Part shown: positions 61,134-64,000 of the stretch, piece after piece
Position numbering within the stretch: the stretch's first letter is position 1
How the letters are laid out: every line of letters starts with the position of its first letter
From: an uncultured Nitrospiraceae bacterium
Lineage (GTDB): Bacteria > Nitrospirota > UBA9217
NCBI GenBank assembly: GCA_964586075.1
Contig: CAZPGZ010000017.1
Coordinates: forward strand, 755-64,754
Direction: 5' to 3'
DNA: 64,000 nt
Notes under the pieces: generated by a model
What the model saw: only the letters and a program-made list of their open reading frames with translations
Told to the model about the DNA's origin: nothing
Database searches by the model: none
Made by a program: the position numbers and the translations under genes

Positions 61134-61190
61134 AAAACTACAAAACCCTTCGCAACCGTCTTCCCTGTGATGGGTTTTGTAGTTTTTAAT
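61134..61190 (+). terminator. Long hairpin (15-bp perfect stem AAAACTACAAAACCC/GGGTTTTGTAGTTTT) followed by T-run
   Basis: Perfect inverted repeat with 23-nt loop 44 nt downstream of the hydrolase stop. Confidence 0.5.
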
Positions 61191-61241
61191 CTAATAAATC
61201 AATAAAATTTAATTAATAGTAATATTTTATCATAATAATGC

Positions 61242-61269
61242 TTGACATTATGAATTTTATTGTTAATAT
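61242..61269 (+). promoter_or_regulatory. Sigma70-like promoter (TTGACA-16-TAATAT) in AT-rich region upstream of ars cassette
   Basis: Consensus -35 and good -10 in a strongly AT-rich 120-bp stretch. Confidence 0.4.
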
Positions 61270-61582
61270 ATATAAAAAAATTTTTATATGTTGTTGTGGT
61301 GTTTAAGGCTCTTATTGATTGGGTCGTCGATTTGCTGTCCGACGTCATGAGCCTCACAGAGGGCAGTGTTAGCTGTCTTTTAATGTGGCTTTTTTCGGAA
61401 TGAATATGGAAGGGAAATACTTATTATCGCATTGCAACGCTATTGGACGAAGACAGGCAGGCCTGTCCACGGAGCAGGATGTTGAGAAGGCAGTGGAGGA
61501 GCTCAACCGGTTACTTGTGCTCAATAGTACTGCTGAAGTTTTGCTAAAAAACCAGAGAGGTTAAGAACAAGGAGGGTAAAAC

Positions 61583-61825
61583 ATGGAAATTAAAGTGCTT
61601 GGTCCGGGATGTGCAAACTGCCACACAATGGAAGAAATGGTGAAAACTGCAGTAAGAGAACTCGGTATTGTTGCAACAATACTTAAAATTACGGACATGG
61701 GCGATATTATGCGACATGGAGTACTATCGACTCCAGGACTTATTGTGAACGGAAAACTCAAGCACTCAGGTAAACCACTGCCGAATCCTGACAAGGTTAA
61801 GGCCTTCATTCAAAGCGAAATATGA
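61583..61825 (+). CDS. Thioredoxin-fold redox-active disulfide protein (ars-operon associated)
   Basis: 80 aa; MEIKVLGPGCANC CxxC start, Thioredoxin_3 family pattern; strong RBS AAGGAGGG. Confidence 0.7.
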   Translation: MEIKVLGPGCANCHTMEEMVKTAVRELGIVATILKITDMGDIMRHGVLSTPGLIVNGKLKHSGKPLPNPDKVKAFIQSEI

Positions 61826-62226
61826 CGACAGCAAAGGCGTGCAGTGAAAGGACCTCCATGAATAATCTGGCAAATATTTTTAAAGCCCTCTCGGACGAGA
61901 CACGGCTGAGAATTATCAAGCTCCTGGAAAAGGGCGAGGTCTGTGTCTGCGACCTCGTTGCAGGGCTTGACCTCATTCAGCCCAAGGTTTCATTTCATCT
62001 CACCGCGTTAAAAGACGCCGGTCTGGTCAGGAGCCGGAAAGAAGGCAAGTGGATGCACTACCGGCTTGACGAATCGGATGCTTTCAAGCGGTTTTTGATA
62101 TTGTCTGTGTTTGAGCGGATACCGCAGGATACAACAGCAGCGGATGTGGCAAGACTGAAGAAGTGGACGCTGCAAAAAAACGGCAGTACCTGCTGCACAG
62201 TCGTGTCAAGGAGGAATAAAAAATGA
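61822..62226 (+). CDS. arsR: ArsR/SmtB-family metalloregulator
   Basis: [26 protein letters not shown] with CVC metal(loid)-binding motif; alternative start 61858. Confidence 0.82.
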   Translation: MTTAKACSERTSMNNLANIFKALSDETRLRIIKLLEKGEVCVCDLVAGLDLIQPKVSFHLTALKDAGLVRSRKEGKWMHYRLDESDAFKRFLILSVFERIPQDTTAADVARLKKWTLQKNGSTCCTVVSRRNKK

Positions 62227-63302
62227 GCGAACAGGTGGGGAAGAGACTTTCCTTCATCGATCGTTATTTGACATTCTGGATTTTTCTTACGATGGCTGCC
62301 GGCGTCGGTCTTGGCTATTTTTTTCCGGAAGTTGAGAAAATAATCAACAGCTTCCAGTCAGGAACGACAAATATTCCCATCGCTATTGGGCTCATACTCA
62401 TGATGTATCCTCCGCTGGCCAAAGTACGCTACGAGGATCTGCCGAATGTTTTCAGCAATTACAAAATTCTTGCGATCAGCCTCGTGCAAAACTGGATTGT
62501 GGGGCCGATAGTCATGTTCGCGCTTGCCATCATGCTTCTCTCGGACATGCCGGGGTATATGGTCGGTATTATTCTGGTGGGTTTGGCGCGATGCATTGCC
62601 ATGGTGCTTGTGTGGAACGATCTTGCCTGCGGTGATCCTGACTATGTCGCCGGTCTTGTCGCGTTCAATGCGCTGTTTCAGGTGTTTACCTACCCGATAT
62701 ATGCGTGGATATTCATTACCATTCTTCCGCCATTCTTCGGTCTGGGCGGAGTCGTGGTGGATGTGACCATCGGGCAGATTGCAAAAAGCGTTTTCATCTA
62801 TCTCGGCATCCCGTTCCTGGCAGGCATGCTTACCCGGTTTGCTCTGATCAGGCTTAAAGATAAAAAATGGTATCACGAAAAATTCATTCCGAAGATCAGC
62901 CCGATCACCCTGATCGCGCTGCTGTTCACAATCCTTGTGATGTTTTCACTCAAGGGTGAATACATCATCAAACTGCCGTTGGATGTACTGCGGATCGCTA
63001 TACCGTTGTTCATCTATTTTGTATTCATGTTTTTGATCACATTTTTTATTGCTAAAAAAGCAGGTGCGGATTATGCAAAATCAGCAACGCTGAGCTTTAC
63101 CGCGGCGTCGAACGACTTTGAGCTGGCCATTGCCGTGGCCGTGGCGGTCTTTGGAATCAATTCAGAAGCGGCGTTTGCAACGGTCATCGGTCCGCTGGCT
63201 GAAGTGCCGGTGCTGATCGGACTGGTCAACGTTTCGTTCTGGATGCAGAAGAAATTTTTTATGGACAAATCCTGCACGGTGGACAGAATCGCACCCCGTT
63301 AG
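62223..63302 (+). CDS. acr3: Arsenite efflux transporter ACR3 family
   Basis: 359 aa; ACR3 hallmark N-terminus ([12 protein letters not shown]...[18 protein letters not shown]). Confidence 0.85.
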   Translation: MSEQVGKRLSFIDRYLTFWIFLTMAAGVGLGYFFPEVEKIINSFQSGTTNIPIAIGLILMMYPPLAKVRYEDLPNVFSNYKILAISLVQNWIVGPIVMFALAIMLLSDMPGYMVGIILVGLARCIAMVLVWNDLACGDPDYVAGLVAFNALFQVFTYPIYAWIFITILPPFFGLGGVVVDVTIGQIAKSVFIYLGIPFLAGMLTRFALIRLKDKKWYHEKFIPKISPITLIALLFTILVMFSLKGEYIIKLPLDVLRIAIPLFIYFVFMFLITFFIAKKAGADYAKSATLSFTAASNDFELAIAVAVAVFGINSEAAFATVIGPLAEVPVLIGLVNVSFWMQKKFFMDKSCTVDRIAPR

Positions 63303-63316
63303 AAAGAGGACTCACC

Positions 63317-64000
63317 ATGTCTTGGCTTAGTGAAATGAAAGAATGGCAGAAACTTCTCCTGGTAATTGGACTGTTCCTTCTTTGTTTTTTTCTGCCCGTT
63401 GAATCAGTGCGCTTCAGCAACGCCGTCCAGGAAGCGCTTGCCCTGACGAAATGGTATGCGCGCGAGCATGTCATCCTTTGCCTCATCCCGGCATTTTTCA
63501 TCGCAGGTGCGATTGCCGTTTTTGTCAGCCAGGCGTCGGTCATCAAATATTTCGGAGCAAAGGCAAATAAATTTCTCTCCTATACCGTCGCAGCAACATC
63601 CGGGACCATTCTTGCCGTCTGCTCCTGCACCATTCTGCCGCTTTTTATGAGCATATACAAGCGAGGTGCCGGTCTCGGGCCGGCCATCGCATTTTTGTAT
63701 TCGGGGCCGGCGATCAACGTGCTTGCCATTATTCTCACGGCGAGAATCCTCGGCCCAGAACTAGGCATTGCCCGTGCAGTCGGCGCGGTGTCGTTCAGCG
63801 TTATCATCGGATTACTCATGCACATGATATTCATTGCAGAAGAGCGTGCACGGCGCGAAGCCGATGATTTCGACATGAAAAACCTTCAGGAGACAAGGCC
63901 GCTCTGGAAAACAATCCTATACTTCGGGGCGATGGTTGCTGTCCTGGTGTTTGCAAACTGGAGCAGGCCTGCTGACAGCGAAGTGGGTTTGTGGCTGCAG
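63317..64000 (+). CDS. DUF318/ArsP-like permease (partial, runs off window end)
   Basis: Hand-translated from ATG at 63317: MSWLSEMKEWQKLL...TILAVCSCTILPLF, which has the ArsP-like CSC..P motif; no stop before the window end. Confidence 0.55.
   Translation, partial: MSWLSEMKEWQKLLLVIGLFLLCFFLPVESVRFSNAVQEALALTKWYAREHVILCLIPAFFIAGAIAVFVSQASVIKYFGAKANKFLSYTVAATSGTILAVCSCTILPLFMSIYKRGAGLGPAIAFLYSGPAINVLAIILTARILGPELGIARAVGAVSFSVIIGLLMHMIFIAEERARREADDFDMKNLQETRPLWKTILYFGAMVAVLVFANWSRPADSEVGLWLQ

Overview
This 64 kb window reads as a gene-dense, fairly GC-rich bacterial chromosomal segment, with about 60 protein genes, two tRNAs and no CRISPR or obvious transposon. The gene content points to an anaerobe: tungsten-type aldehyde:ferredoxin oxidoreductase, ferredoxins, radical-SAM HemN-like, LarB/LarC, RNase Y, YmdB, YhaM, and a DapL-type lysine pathway. 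Most of it is housekeeping: rsmI, nadE, gpsA, rsmD-coaD, xseA, rny-ymdB, rarA, zapA-ftsY, hisC, iscR-nifS-iscU-tusA, ksgA, folK, the dapL/dapB/dapA/dapF/lysA cluster, argG-argH, and a tRNA-Gln/tRNA-Glu operon. The accessory-looking parts are four. (1) A minus-strand c-di-GMP module: a HEAT-repeat protein, an HD-GYP phosphodiesterase, an Fe-S protein and three tandem receiver-PilZ paralogs. (2) A tightly coupled operon of two paralogous FemAB/BioF2-like GNAT-fold proteins flanking a TraB/GumN-family protein, next to an acyl-CoA synthetase and a ferredoxin. (3) An 800 bp ORF-free region carrying a near-consensus sigma70 promoter, which is a candidate ncRNA locus (possibly 6S RNA) downstream of zapA. 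(4) An arsenic-resistance cassette at the 3' end (thioredoxin-like, ArsR, Acr3 and a partial ArsP-like gene) behind a strongly AT-rich junction, plus a MarR gene flanked by CGTGTA-N2-TACACG operator-like palindromes upstream of a QueG-like gene. Coordinates use the ORF track; many starts were trimmed to an internal ATG by alignment to family N-termini and may be off by a few codons.
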